Notes: generated by a model from the letters alone, not told the origin. A DNA stretch of 64,000 bases from an uncultured Candidatus Saccharibacteria bacterium (GCA_964569655.1 CAZMTN010000002.1:901-64900), one strand, 5' to 3'. Shown: positions 1 through 9,101, counted from the first letter of the stretch. Program-made: numbers and translations.

Positions 1-110
1 TACCAGAGCGAGAAATCCTTCTTTCCCTTGAGGCGCGTGCGCGCCTTCGTCTCGATGCGGGGACCGAGCTTCTTGTACGCGGCGACGATCTTCTTTCCTT
101 TTGCGTCCAT
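1..110 (-). CDS. N-terminal fragment of a gene that runs off the window start (MDAKGKKIVAAYKKLGPRIETKARTRLKGKKDFSLW..., basic protein)
   Basis: ATG at 108-110 (minus) opens a frame that stays open to position 1; shorter than 60 aa so not in the ORF track; no clear SD. Confidence 0.25.
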   Translation of the reverse strand, partial: MDAKGKKIVAAYKKLGPRIETKARTRLKGKKDFSLW

Positions 111-275
111 AGTGGAAGGAGTATACCACTCGGGTTTTCGCGGTTTTATGAAGGAAATAAAGCGCTATCCTGATTTACGGTACGTCATTGACGGCATGTC
201 CAATACGTTATAAACATGACCCGGGTAGGCTTCAGGCCTAAAATGAAATCTTTGCCAACAGAAGGGAATTATCCC

Positions 276-977
276 ATGTTCATTACGCGTCCCATCCTTG
301 TCCTTGTGCTGACCTCCTCCATGGCTTCCCTCGCCTCCGGGCAGGAGATCAGGGAGATCAAGGGTCCGAACGGGTCTTCCATGACCATCTTCTCGCTCCC
401 CGGCGGCGCCAGTTTCGTGAAGACGAAGACAGCGACCGACGCAGGCTTCTTCAACAGCGGCCTGCTCGAGCACGATTCGTTCCTGTGCTCGAAGGACGGC
501 TCCTGCGCCGATAACGGCTCGGGCAGCGTCGCCAGCCGCAGCGTATCGGGCTCCGTGGCGGATCTCGCGGGCAGCATCAGCTTCCCGCTGGGCATGCTCG
601 CGCGTCGTCCGGACAACTACCAGACGACGGTCTCCGGCGGCACGGTCTCGAACAACTCGAGCGCCTCGTCGGCAGGCGGTGCAGGCGGCCAAGGCGGGTC
701 GGTTTCGGGCAGCACCGCGACCTCGGCGTCCGGCAACGGCATGGCGACGGTGATGCAGAATTCCGGCAACACCTCGGACTCGTTCAATTCGAGCAACTCG
801 AACAACGATAGCTCGACCCGGGACAACAGCTTCCGGGACAACTCGACGTTCGTCGATGCTTCGGTCCGCGATAACAGCTACCGCGATAACTCGACGTTCG
901 TCGATTCGTCGATCGACAATTCGACGAACACCAATAATTCCACCAACACCGATAACTCGTCCACCATCATCAACTGA
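276..977 (+). CDS. secreted low-complexity repeat protein (Ser/Asn/Gly/Asp-rich, RDNS(T/Y)FVD repeats)
   Basis: internal ATG at 276 preceded by GAAGGG; signal-peptide-like N-terminus MFITRPILVLVLTSSMASLASG; tandem DNA/protein repeats 780-960; hairpin terminator follows. Confidence 0.55.
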   Translation: MFITRPILVLVLTSSMASLASGQEIREIKGPNGSSMTIFSLPGGASFVKTKTATDAGFFNSGLLEHDSFLCSKDGSCADNGSGSVASRSVSGSVADLAGSISFPLGMLARRPDNYQTTVSGGTVSNNSSASSAGGAGGQGGSVSGSTATSASGNGMATVMQNSGNTSDSFNSSNSNNDSSTRDNSFRDNSTFVDASVRDNSYRDNSTFVDSSIDNSTNTNNSTNTDNSSTIIN

Positions 978-991
978 TGGCGGCCGGATCT

Positions 992-1030
992 GGCCCCGCT
1001 TTCTCACGAGAGCGGGGCCTTTCCTTTTTC
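992..1030 (+). terminator. rho-independent terminator (GGCCCCGCT-loop-AGCGGGGCC + T-run)
   Basis: perfect 9-bp stem followed by TTTCCTTTTTC immediately after stop of 276..977. Confidence 0.6.
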
Positions 1031-1044
1031 TATATACTGTATCC

Positions 1045-3246
1045 ATGCATCCCTCGGATCTCCTCGAGACGCATTTCACCCGGCTGAAGCCGGACCAGAA
1101 GAAGGCGCTCCATCGTCTCAGCATCCGCACCATTGAGGACCTGCTCTATCACGTCCCGGCCCGCTACGAGGCCGCGGGACCGACGGGCACCATCTCCGGC
1201 GTCACCAGCGGCGCCGAGGTGACGCTGTACGGCACCATCCGGAAGCCGGATGTCCGCAAGACCTGGAAGAGCCGGCGCCCCATCGCCGAGGCATATCTTG
1301 AAGACGCGTCCGGGAAGATAAAGATGATGTGGTTCAACCAGCCGTACATCGCGAAGACGCTGCGCGACGGCATGGTGGTGAAGGCCACCGGGAAAGTGAG
1401 CGGTACCGGCTCGAAAGCATACCTCGCGAACCCGGACATAGACCGCGCGCCGGTGGACCCCGAGAGCGTGCACGACAACCTCTTCAACGAAGGCAGCATG
1501 CCCGAAGGCAGCGCGCTCTTCCCCATCTATCCCGAGAGCCGCGGCGTCTCATCGCTCTGGCTCACGCACGCGATGAAGCGCGCGTTCGACACGGGCATCC
1601 ACGAGCGCATGCCTGACCCGATCCCGAAGGAGCTCCTCGAGAAATATCATCTTCCCTCCCTTTCCACCGCGCTCGTGTGGATACACCTGCCGAAGAAGCA
1701 GGCGGACGCGGACGCGGCGAAGAAACGCTTCGCATTCGAGGAGGTGTTCGGCATCCAGCTCGGCCTCACGCGCCGGAAGATGCAGGCCATGGAAGCGCAG
1801 GCGCTTCCCGTGCTCGTGAACCGGGATGTCCTCAACGATTTCATCAAGACCTTCCCCTTCCCGCCGACGAACGCGCAGAAGAAGGCGATCGAATCCATCG
1901 TGTCCGACTTCGAGCGCTCGCACCCGATGACGCGCCTCCTCGAAGGTGACGTGGGAAGCGGCAAGACGGCGGTGGCCGCCGCGACCGCCTATCTCGTCGC
2001 GAACTCGCGACCCGCAGCTAAAGGCGCGGTCGGCGCGGCCGCCATCATCAAGCGCCGCGAAGGCGGGCACCTCCAGGTCGCGTACATGTGCCCGACCGAG
2101 ATCCTCGCGAAGCAGCATTTCAGCACCTTCATCTCGTACTTCAAGGACCACCCGATCCCGATCGGGCTCATCACGGGGAGCGAGTGCCGGAAGTTCCCCT
2201 CGAAGGTGAACCGCGAGGAATCCACGCATATCTCGAAGGCGCAGTTCAAGAAATGGGTGGCTAACGGCGAGATCCCGATCGTCATCGGGACGCACGCGCT
2301 CATCCAGAAGTCGCTCCAGTTCCAGAATCTGGCGTACGCCATCATCGACGAGCAGCACCGCTTCGGGAAGATCCACCGCCAGAGCCTGGTGCGCAAGGAC
2401 AATATCGCGCCGCACCTCCTCTCCATGACCGCGACCCCTATCCCCCGCACGCTCGCGCTCACCATCTACGGAGACCTCGACATCTCCCTCCTCGATGAGA
2501 TGCCGGCAGGAAGAAAGCCCATCCTTACGAAGGTGCTCGGCCCTGAGAAGCGCGAGGAAGGATACGAGCGCATCCGGTCCCAGATGAAGGAGGGGCATCA
2601 GGCGTACGTGATCTGTCCGCGCATCAATGAGCCCGATCCCACGAAGGAGCTCGCGCTCCAGGCGAAGTCCGTGAAAGCGGAAGCGGAGCGCTTGAAACGC
2701 GAGGTGTTCCCGGAGGCCGAGATCGGCATCCTCCACAGCAAAATGAAGCCGGCGGACAAGGAGGACGTGATGAATCGTTTCGCGAAAGGAAGCATCGATA
2801 TACTCGTCGCGACGTCGGTGGTCGAAGTCGGCGTGAACGTGCCGAACGCGACCGTCATCCTCATCGAAGGGGCGGAGCGCTTCGGGCTCTCTCAATTGCA
2901 TCAGCTCAGGGGGCGCGTCATCCGCTCCACGCACCAGGCGTACTGCTACGTGCTCCCGGAGTCGTACGGCGAAGCGACGAAGAACCGCTTGAACGCGCTC
3001 GTGTCCGCGAAAGACGGCTTCGAGCTCTCCGAATACGACCTCGCGCTGCGCGGCGCGGGAGAACTGTATGGCGCCCGCCAGTGGGGCGTCTCGGACATCG
3101 CCATGGAGGCGATCCGGAACATCAAGCTCGTGGAAGCGGCACGCAACGAGGCGCAAAAACTCATACAAAAGGATCCGGACCTGAAGAAGCACCCGCTCCT
3201 CAAGGAGCTCGCTGCCCGTGCGGAGGCCGAGATCCATCCCGAGTGA
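1045..3246 (+). CDS. recG: ATP-dependent DNA helicase RecG
   Basis: typical RecG N-terminus (MHPSDLLETHFTRLKPDQKKALHRLSIRTIEDLLYHVPARYE), Walker A GDVGSGKT, DEQHRFG, helicase C motifs; start moved to internal ATG after upstream terminator. Confidence 0.9.
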   Translation: MHPSDLLETHFTRLKPDQKKALHRLSIRTIEDLLYHVPARYEAAGPTGTISGVTSGAEVTLYGTIRKPDVRKTWKSRRPIAEAYLEDASGKIKMMWFNQPYIAKTLRDGMVVKATGKVSGTGSKAYLANPDIDRAPVDPESVHDNLFNEGSMPEGSALFPIYPESRGVSSLWLTHAMKRAFDTGIHERMPDPIPKELLEKYHLPSLSTALVWIHLPKKQADADAAKKRFAFEEVFGIQLGLTRRKMQAMEAQALPVLVNRDVLNDFIKTFPFPPTNAQKKAIESIVSDFERSHPMTRLLEGDVGSGKTAVAAATAYLVANSRPAAKGAVGAAAIIKRREGGHLQVAYMCPTEILAKQHFSTFISYFKDHPIPIGLITGSECRKFPSKVNREESTHISKAQFKKWVANGEIPIVIGTHALIQKSLQFQNLAYAIIDEQHRFGKIHRQSLVRKDNIAPHLLSMTATPIPRTLALTIYGDLDISLLDEMPAGRKPILTKVLGPEKREEGYERIRSQMKEGHQAYVICPRINEPDPTKELALQAKSVKAEAERLKREVFPEAEIGILHSKMKPADKEDVMNRFAKGSIDILVATSVVEVGVNVPNATVILIEGAERFGLSQLHQLRGRVIRSTHQAYCYVLPESYGEATKNRLNALVSAKDGFELSEYDLALRGAGELYGARQWGVSDIAMEAIRNIKLVEAARNEAQKLIQKDPDLKKHPLLKELAARAEAEIHPE

Positions 3247-3262
3247 CGCTATACTTCACCGC

Positions 3263-3877
3263 ATGAAAGGACTGCTCATATTCTGCCTTGTCGCCTTAAT
3301 CGGAATCGTCGTACTCTCTACGGCAGCTGTACGTACCGGCAGCAGCGAGGTGAGCCAGGAATTCGGCATGGATGAAGTCAGGGACGTGGTCCGGCGAAAC
3401 CGTATCAACGCGGGGACATCGGCCATCTCCCTCTGGCACCAGACAAAGGTCAGCACGCTCCTCGATTCTTTCGAGCGGAGCCTTAACGCGGATCCGGAAA
3501 CGGGAAAGCCATACGCATACACCGAAGACGCTGGCGGCTCATGGAAGCTCTGCGCCACCCTGAGCACAGGACAGCGATACTGCGGCACGCAGGAGACAGT
3601 GGAAGACATGGCCTATGAACTAGACTCGGGACTGATCGAGATTCAAGGCCTCCTAGCCTTATACCTCGTGAAGCATAAGACATATCCCGCAGCACTTACG
3701 GATCTTGATGAGGTATTCACCTTCATGGATGAAGAATTAGATGCGGCGGTCGCATTCAGCAGCTTTTCCGAGCTCCTGCGCGCGCCTCTCACGTACCAGG
3801 TCTTCGAGAACGGGTCCTGGTACGAGCTTTGCCACGCGGATTCCTATTGCGTCCACCCCACCGACCCTACAGAATAG
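3263..3877 (+). CDS. hypothetical membrane-anchored protein (N-terminal TM/signal MKGLLIFCLVALIGIVVLSTAAV)
   Basis: internal ATG 17 nt after recG stop; hydrophobic N-terminus; no recognizable family. Confidence 0.45.
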   Translation: MKGLLIFCLVALIGIVVLSTAAVRTGSSEVSQEFGMDEVRDVVRRNRINAGTSAISLWHQTKVSTLLDSFERSLNADPETGKPYAYTEDAGGSWKLCATLSTGQRYCGTQETVEDMAYELDSGLIEIQGLLALYLVKHKTYPAALTDLDEVFTFMDEELDAAVAFSSFSELLRAPLTYQVFENGSWYELCHADSYCVHPTDPTE

Positions 3878-3922
3878 CCATTCATTTGCGTCCCACCCCC
3901 CTTCCGGTATAGTCGGAAGGAA

Positions 3923-4183
3923 ATGCTCAAGCAGATTTTCGAAATCCTCGTCTACATCTTCGCCGCGATCGGCTTCCTCCTCGTCGCCGGGTACTTCGCC
4001 GTCCGCCTCGGCATCACCAACACCGAAGGTATCGTGGACCTCCAGCAGGAAAGCTTCCTCGCGGGCGCCGGGAGCGCGGGAGACGTCGCCTGGAGCCATA
4101 CCGAGGAATGGGCGGTGCTCGAAGCGGCCATCCGGAAGGACACCGCGGCCATCAACCGGGCGGCCGGAGGACGCGGACGTTGA
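3923..4183 (+). CDS. small membrane protein, possibly the N-terminal part of a frameshifted gene continuing to 4736
   Basis: N-terminal TM helix MLKQIFEILVYIFAAIGFLLVAGYFAV; ends at TGA 4181-4183 while the -1 frame continues with protein-like sequence. Confidence 0.4.
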   Translation: MLKQIFEILVYIFAAIGFLLVAGYFAVRLGITNTEGIVDLQQESFLAGAGSAGDVAWSHTEEWAVLEAAIRKDTAAINRAAGGRGR

Positions 4184-4313
4184 GCCTCGCGTCATCGTCG
4201 CGAATCTCGTCACCGAGCAGCTGCGCCTCTTCTTCACCGACCGCGAGAACTACAAGCAGTTCTTCTATCCCTTAAAGATCCTCGGTCCCCAGACCCAGTT
4301 CTCCTGGGGCGTG

Positions 4314-4736
4314 ATGGGCATGAAGGAGGACACGGCCATCCAGGTGGAGAGTCATCTCACCAATCCTTCCTCCCCGTTCTACCCGGGAGCGCAGTATGAA
4401 AATCTCCTCGATTTCCCGACAGGTACGACGGATCTGAAGACCGCGCGCTTCACCCGCATGACCGACCAGCACAACCACTACTGGAGCTACCTCTACGCCG
4501 GGCTTTTCCTTAAGGAGATCGAAGCGCAGTGGGAAAGGGCAGGCTTCCCTATCGAGGACCAGCCAGCCATCCTCTCGACGCTCTTCAATATCGGCTTCGC
4601 GCATTCTGAACCTAAGGAAAATCCCCAGGTTGGCGGCGCGGAGATCGAGATCGGCGGGAAGAAGTACAGCTTCGGCGGGCTCGCCGCGGAATTCTACAAT
4701 TCGGACCTCCTTATCGATCTCTTCCCGCGGCAATAG
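4314..4736 (+). CDS. hypothetical protein (C-terminal part; upstream in-frame region 4184-4313 is also protein-like and may be joined to 3923..4183 by a frameshift)
   Basis: first in-frame ATG (MGMKEDTAIQVESHL...); upstream 5' part of track ORF 3741.. is S/P/R low-complexity alternate-frame artefact. Confidence 0.35.
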   Translation: MGMKEDTAIQVESHLTNPSSPFYPGAQYENLLDFPTGTTDLKTARFTRMTDQHNHYWSYLYAGLFLKEIEAQWERAGFPIEDQPAILSTLFNIGFAHSEPKENPQVGGAEIEIGGKKYSFGGLAAEFYNSDLLIDLFPRQ

Positions 4737-4779
4737 CTCCGTGGTATAAGGCTCTCGGAAACCAACCAGGAGCGGAGCT

Positions 4780-5217
4780 ATGGACGACAAGCGCATCGCC
4801 GACTTCCTGTGTCGGCTATCTGAAAAGCATTTCGTACTGCATGGATCACCGACGCTCTGTACCGCTCTCGAGCCGAGGCAAGCGAGCGGATACAGCGACG
4901 AGCTGAAGCAGAACCTGTGCGCGATATACGCCACGACCATCATCGAGATCGCGCTCCTGAAGTCTATGGTCGTCGATCCCTCGGGCACCTGGGGCTGGCA
5001 GCACGATTACGGCTGGTTCTCGTGGCGGCGGACGCCGATCCTGAACGTGTACGGAGCGCGTCGGTTGAAGCCGGGATACATCTATATCCTCGACCAAGAC
5101 CTGTTCGAGCCGATCACAGAGTTCACCTATGTATCCTTCGCACCCGTAGTGCCGCTCATGGTGCTCGAAACCCGCATGAGCATGCTCGATCAGTTCGACC
5201 GGATTAGCTTCAAATGA
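4780..5217 (+). CDS. hypothetical protein
   Basis: ATG with AGGAG upstream; ends at TGA followed directly by palindromic terminator. Confidence 0.5.
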   Translation: MDDKRIADFLCRLSEKHFVLHGSPTLCTALEPRQASGYSDELKQNLCAIYATTIIEIALLKSMVVDPSGTWGWQHDYGWFSWRRTPILNVYGARRLKPGYIYILDQDLFEPITEFTYVSFAPVVPLMVLETRMSMLDQFDRISFK

Positions 5218-5218
5218 A

Positions 5219-5245
5219 GGCCTGCGCATGCGCAGGCCTTTTCAT
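5219..5245. terminator. bidirectional intrinsic terminator (GGCCTGCGCATGCGCAGGCC + T-run)
   Basis: 20-nt perfect palindrome followed by TTTTC. Confidence 0.6.
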
Positions 5246-5249
5246 TAGC

Positions 5250-5290
5250 AAAAGAAGAGGCGCAGCGGTGTGAATGTCCCGCTGCGCCCT
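5250..5290 (-). terminator. hairpin terminator downstream of the tRNA transcript (GGCGCAGCGG...CCGCTGCGCC with T-run on minus strand)
   Basis: 10-bp stem; minus-strand sense is followed by TCTTCTTTTGC. Confidence 0.45.
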
Positions 5291-5297
5291 GGCCTTC

Positions 5298-5375
5298 TTA
5301 GTCGCCGCCACGCGGCTTCGGCTGAATCCCGTCAAAGGGATCGCCGCGGATGAATTCAGGCTTCATCGAAAGCAT
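5298..5375 (-). CDS. possible 25-aa small ORF (MLSMKPEFIRGDPFDGIQPKPRGGD) downstream of tRNA
   Basis: ATG preceded by GGAGGAAAAG (strong SD, 5-nt spacing); too short for the ORF track; function unknown. Confidence 0.2.
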   Translation of the reverse strand: MLSMKPEFIRGDPFDGIQPKPRGGD

Positions 5376-5431
5376 CTTTTCCTCCTTCCACCGCCCATGT
5401 GCGGCCTACCCGGGACTATAGCACTTTCTTG

Positions 5432-5504
5432 TCCTTCCGCTTGGACTCGAACCAAGAACCGCCAAGGTATAAGCTTGGTGCTCTAACCATTGAGCTACGG
5501 AAGG
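5432..5504 (-). tRNA. tRNA with anticodon UAU (Ile-UAU-like, reads AUA); C1:G72 acceptor end; CCA not encoded
   Basis: cloverleaf read by eye: acceptor CCTTCCG/CGGAAGG, U8, D-arm GCTC-AATGGTTA-GAGC, anticodon arm CCAAG-CTTATAC-CTTGG, T-arm CTTGG-TTCGAGT-CCAAG, discriminator A. Confidence 0.65.
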
Positions 5505-5511
5505 CTTCTTT

Positions 5512-7467
5512 CTACTGGGCGGATATGTCTCCCTTCTCGCCCGGAGCAATGATAATACCTTCTTCGTCTTTCGCCTTAGGGGTGATGCCGTTCAGCACGA
5601 GGAGCTTCTCGAATTCCTCGCGTTCTATGGTCTCTACCTCGATGAGCTTCTTCGCGATGGAGTCGAGGGCTTTGCGGTGGTCCTGGAGCACGACCTTCGC
5701 GCGCTCGCGGCCCTCCTCAAGGATACGGGTGACTTCCCCGTCTATCTTGGCGGCGACTTCCTGGGAGTAGTGCGGGCCGAACTCGGAGTCTCCGGCGAAG
5801 GCGACCGGGCCGACCTTATCCGACATGCCGAAGCGGGCGACCATGTTGCGCGCGAGGTTGGTGATGACGGCGAGATCGTTAGACGGGCCCGTGGTGAGGT
5901 CGTCGAAGACCATCTCCTCCGCTACGTAGCCGCCCAAGGTAGCGGCGATGTCGTCGAGGAACTGCTTGCGGCTCTGCATCTTCTTGTCCTCGAACGGGAG
6001 CTTGAGCGTGTAGCCGGCGGCGCGCCCGCGGGAGATGATGGAAATCTTGTGGACCGGGTCCGCGAACGGGAGCACCGAGGATACGAGCGCGTGTCCCGCC
6101 TCATGGTACGCGGTGAGCTCCTTCTCTTTCTTCGAGAGGAGGTGGGACTTTCGCTCCGGACCGAGCATGACCTTCTCGATGGAGCGGATGAGGTCGTACT
6201 GGGTGAGCTCCTTGCGGTTCTCGCGCGCGGCGAGGATGGCGCCCTCGTTCATGAGGGAGGCGAGATCCGCTCCGGAGAATCCCGGCGTGCGTTCTGCGAT
6301 TACGGAAAGATTGACGTCAGGACCGAGCGGCTTCTTGCGCGAATGCACCTTCAGGATGTCCTCGCGGTCCTTCCTATCCGGAAGGTCGATGACGACGCGG
6401 CGGTCGAAGCGGCCTGGGCGCACGAGGGCTGGGTCGAGGATGTCCGGGCGGTTGGTCGCTGCCATCACCACTACCTTCTCCGCCTGCTCGAAGCCGTCCA
6501 TCTCGACGAGGATCTGGTTCAGAGTCTGCTCGCGCTCGTCGTTGCCACCACCGACGCCTGAACCGCGAACGCGGCCGATGGCGTCGATCTCATCGATGAA
6601 GATGATGGCCGGGGCGGACTTCTTCGCGAGCTGGAAGAGGTCGCGGACGCGGGAGGAGCCTACGCCGACGAACATCTCGATGAACTCGGAGCCCGAGACC
6701 GAGAAGAACGGCACGCCTGCCTCCCCCGCTACCGCGCGGGCGAGCATGGTCTTGCCGGTGCCCGCGGCTCCCATGAGGAGCACGCCCTTCGGGATGCGCG
6801 CGCCGATGTCGAGGAACTTCTTCGGGTTCTTGAGGAAGTCCACGATCTCAAGGAGCTCTTCCTTCGCTTCCTTCGCTCCCGCGACGTCCGCGAACGTGAC
6901 GCGCTGCGTGGAATCGGTCGGGTCGATCATGCGGGCTTTGGACTGCCCGAAGGTGAACGCCTGCATGCCCGCGCCGCGCACCTGGCGCGTGAGGAACCAG
7001 AAGAGGATGCCGAGGAAGATAATCGGGAGCACGAACGGCGCGACGGTGGCGAGCCAGAATTTCCAGCCGCTCTCGTTCGCGATGGTGATTTCGACCGCGG
7101 AGAGCTGCTCCGGCGTGACGCCGTAGGTCGCGAGCGTCTCCGGGATGCCGGCGGACGGGTCCTTCATGGAGGTCTTCTCCACGTCCCCGGCGTATGAGAG
7201 CGAGAGCGTGTCCCCCGCTACCTCGATCGACTCAACCTGGCCGGCCTTCACGTCCGCCGCGACCTGTGACAATGGGATCTCCTCCTTCTTCTCCGCGTTC
7301 CCCGCGATGAGCGAGTATGCGCTCATGAGGATGAGGAGGATCAATACCGTCGAGATGAGGTTGCCCATGAAGCCCGAAGTGCCCTTCGGGAGGAAGCGGC
7401 GGGGGTCGCGGCTGGAGCGCTTCCGCCCTTTCTTGTCGGGGGAAGGCTTCTGGGGGGCAGGTGCCAT
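5512..7467 (-). CDS. ftsH: ATP-dependent zinc metalloprotease FtsH
   Basis: N-terminal TM, AAA Walker [12 protein letters not shown] motif, zinc motif HEAGHAL; 651 aa. Confidence 0.95.
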   Translation of the reverse strand: MAPAPQKPSPDKKGRKRSSRDPRRFLPKGTSGFMGNLISTVLILLILMSAYSLIAGNAEKKEEIPLSQVAADVKAGQVESIEVAGDTLSLSYAGDVEKTSMKDPSAGIPETLATYGVTPEQLSAVEITIANESGWKFWLATVAPFVLPIIFLGILFWFLTRQVRGAGMQAFTFGQSKARMIDPTDSTQRVTFADVAGAKEAKEELLEIVDFLKNPKKFLDIGARIPKGVLLMGAAGTGKTMLARAVAGEAGVPFFSVSGSEFIEMFVGVGSSRVRDLFQLAKKSAPAIIFIDEIDAIGRVRGSGVGGGNDEREQTLNQILVEMDGFEQAEKVVVMAATNRPDILDPALVRPGRFDRRVVIDLPDRKDREDILKVHSRKKPLGPDVNLSVIAERTPGFSGADLASLMNEGAILAARENRKELTQYDLIRSIEKVMLGPERKSHLLSKKEKELTAYHEAGHALVSSVLPFADPVHKISIISRGRAAGYTLKLPFEDKKMQSRKQFLDDIAATLGGYVAEEMVFDDLTTGPSNDLAVITNLARNMVARFGMSDKVGPVAFAGDSEFGPHYSQEVAAKIDGEVTRILEEGRERAKVVLQDHRKALDSIAKKLIEVETIEREEFEKLLVLNGITPKAKDEEGIIIAPGEKGDISAQ

Positions 7468-7509
7468 ACTTGCTATACAACATACAATATATCGAGTAAC
7501 CTCTCAATC

Positions 7510-7956
7510 ATGGCGACGCTGATCGAATACAAGAAGGCGGGTCTCCGATTCGAACGCCTCGAGGAATTCGAGGCGGGCATGGAGCTCTACGGGCACGAAG
7601 TGAAGGCGCTCCGCGCGAAGCACGGCTCCTTGGACGGCTCTCGCATCATCGTGCGCGGCGGCGAGGCGTACCTCTCGGGCGCCACCATCCCTCCCTACCA
7701 AGCGACCAACACGCCGAAGGAATACGATCCCGCGCGTGTACGCACGCTCCTCCTTTCTAAGGCGCAGATCCGCGCGCTCGGCGACGCGGAGCAGAAGAAA
7801 GGGTTGACAATCGTCCCGATTGAGGTGTATACTAAAGGAAGGCTCATCAAAGTACGCATCGCGATCGTACGCGGAAAGCACAAGGCGGACAGGCGAGAAG
7901 ACCTGAAGCGCAAGGATGCGGACCGCGAACGGGAGCGAGCACTGAAAAACCGATAG
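7510..7956 (+). CDS. smpB: SsrA-binding protein SmpB
   Basis: conserved SmpB sequence (IEYKKAGLRFERLEEFEAGMELYGHEVKALR... KGRLIKVRIAIVRGK), basic C-terminal tail; tmRNA gene 260 nt downstream. Confidence 0.9.
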   Translation: MATLIEYKKAGLRFERLEEFEAGMELYGHEVKALRAKHGSLDGSRIIVRGGEAYLSGATIPPYQATNTPKEYDPARVRTLLLSKAQIRALGDAEQKKGLTIVPIEVYTKGRLIKVRIAIVRGKHKADRREDLKRKDADRERERALKNR

Positions 7957-7972
7957 ATCAGAGGAGTGCGTC

Positions 7973-8134
7973 ATGAACGGACCGAAGAAACGCCTTGCGG
8001 ATCAGGAAGATCAGCACGACCTGCGCGAGTTCTCCGTCGAAAGCTTCGGCGGAGGCGCCGATAAGCACCCGAACGACCGGGACGACGAGGCTCGCTCCGA
8101 TAACGCGGACAAGCACGGCAAGTACAATGACTGA
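7973..8134 (+). CDS. small hydrophilic 53-aa ORF between smpB and ssrA (MNGPKKRLADQEDQHDLREFSVESFGGGADKHPNDRDDEARSDNADKHGKYND)
   Basis: ATG with strong SD GAGGAG 6 nt upstream, 17 nt after smpB stop; not in the ORF track (<60 aa). Confidence 0.4.
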   Translation: MNGPKKRLADQEDQHDLREFSVESFGGGADKHPNDRDDEARSDNADKHGKYND

Positions 8135-8214
8135 GGACAGGGGCCGGCATCCGCCGGTCCCGCCCTCCCCTCTCGATCATTCGCTTTGAGCACGGAAGAT
8201 ATTCTGTCTTCAGA

Positions 8215-8618
8215 GGGAGTGACCGGCTTCGACGGTCTGTTCCTTGAAATCGCGCAACGCAGTGCACGCCCGGATGCCACTTGAATCCATCGGGCACCAA
8301 ACTTGCAGACAATACCTTTGCAAGCGTGAAGTCTCCTTACTTCGGTAAGAGCTTCGCGTTCGCTTACGCGTAAAAGCTTCGCGCTTTCGCCTGAGCGACG
8401 TCCTCCTTTCCCGGCTCTCATAGCGGAAAGGACGGGCGGAATATCCTATGAGATCGCGTACGGCACTTCTCCCGCCGTCCGTTAAACCCTGAGATCAGGC
8501 AGCGACGCTTTCGCCGGCGTTCTTATGTCGCTGCTGAACCCCCAACACCGGCTATGCGTTGTAGAAGCGTTTCATGTAAACGGATTCGGACGCGGGTTCG
8601 ATTCCCGCCACTTCCACC
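8215..8618 (+). ncRNA. ssrA: tmRNA (ssrA), ~400 nt
   Basis: 5' end GGGAGTGACCGGCTTCGACGG and 3' tRNA-like end GGACGCGGGTTCGATTCCCGCCACTTCCACC; acceptor stem GGGAGTG/CACTTCC with G3:U70; internal frame ending ...GKSFAFAYA-TAA (~8371) is tag-like; adjacent to smpB. Confidence 0.8.
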
Positions 8619-8625
8619 GATAAGG

Positions 8626-8650
8626 AAAACCGCCCTCACGGGCGGTTTTC
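8626..8650. terminator. bidirectional intrinsic terminator (AAAACCGCCC-TCAC-GGGCGGTTTT), member of recurrent family
   Basis: 6-bp GC stem flanked by A-run and T-run, between convergent ssrA and 8674..9015. Confidence 0.6.
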
Positions 8651-8673
8651 TCCTTTCCCGATTCCCATTCTGG

Positions 8674-9015
8674 CTACTGAACGATGTAGAACCCGCTGGT
8701 CGGGGCGCGGTCAGTCGCAAGCAGGCGCGCTGCATCTAGCGTCGCCGCCTGCACGTACGCGTTCGTCCCGTAGATCGTACGGTACTGATACGTCTGCCCG
8801 TAATTCTCTCCAGGCTCCAGGATTCCCATGTCGAGCGCGACACCGCTGTGGATGGTGTTCGGCAAGGCGTTGACGAAGTTCAGCGCCTGCGTTGCGGACG
8901 CTGCCTCAACGGTGTGCGCGGTACCTGTCACGTCGAGATAGTGATATGTCGCTGCAAGAGAGCTGAGCGGAAACCCCAATACTCCAATGAACGACAGCGC
9001 AAGAAGTTTTTTCAT
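8674..9015 (-). CDS. secreted hypothetical protein (signal peptide MKKLLALSFIGVLGFPLSSLAA)
   Basis: internal ATG chosen at signal-peptide start; no family recognized. Confidence 0.45.
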   Translation of the reverse strand: MKKLLALSFIGVLGFPLSSLAATYHYLDVTGTAHTVEAASATQALNFVNALPNTIHSGVALDMGILEPGENYGQTYQYRTIYGTNAYVQAATLDAARLLATDRAPTSGFYIVQ

Positions 9016-9101
9016 AGGCTGTAGCGTTACTGGTTTGTAATTTGTCGCGGACAAGCAACACTATTAACCCTACCCGATACCCCATGAAGCTTTGATTAGC
9101 G

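Noticed and set aside
28-213. Track ORF 28..213(+) and the 21-aa plus-strand ORF at ~148-213
   Set aside because: Lies antisense to or overlapping the minus-strand partial gene at 1..110; no SD at appropriate spacing; no conservation signal.
1549-3237. 562-aa minus-strand ORF antisense to recG, and similar long ORFs (165..1133, 5677..6561, 6035..7126, 15760..16788, 16196..16867, 23308..24588, 41290..42300, 53173..54216, 54344..55219)
   Set aside because: Arg/Ala/Gly/Pro-rich low-complexity translations lying antisense to or out of frame with strongly conserved genes (recG, ftsH, MBL RNase, r-proteins, histidine kinase); these are typical stop-codon-poor shadow ORFs of high-GC DNA.
3741-4180. 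5' half of track ORF 3741..4736
   Set aside because: S/P/R low-complexity, overlaps the better-supported TM ORF 3923..4183 in another frame; the real downstream part is either a frameshift continuation or starts at 4314.
7971-8421. Track ORFs 7971..8312(-), 8011..8421(-), 7995..8189(+), 8523..8735(-)
   Set aside because: They overlap the tmRNA gene (8215-8618), which explains the sequence conservation; translations are low-complexity.
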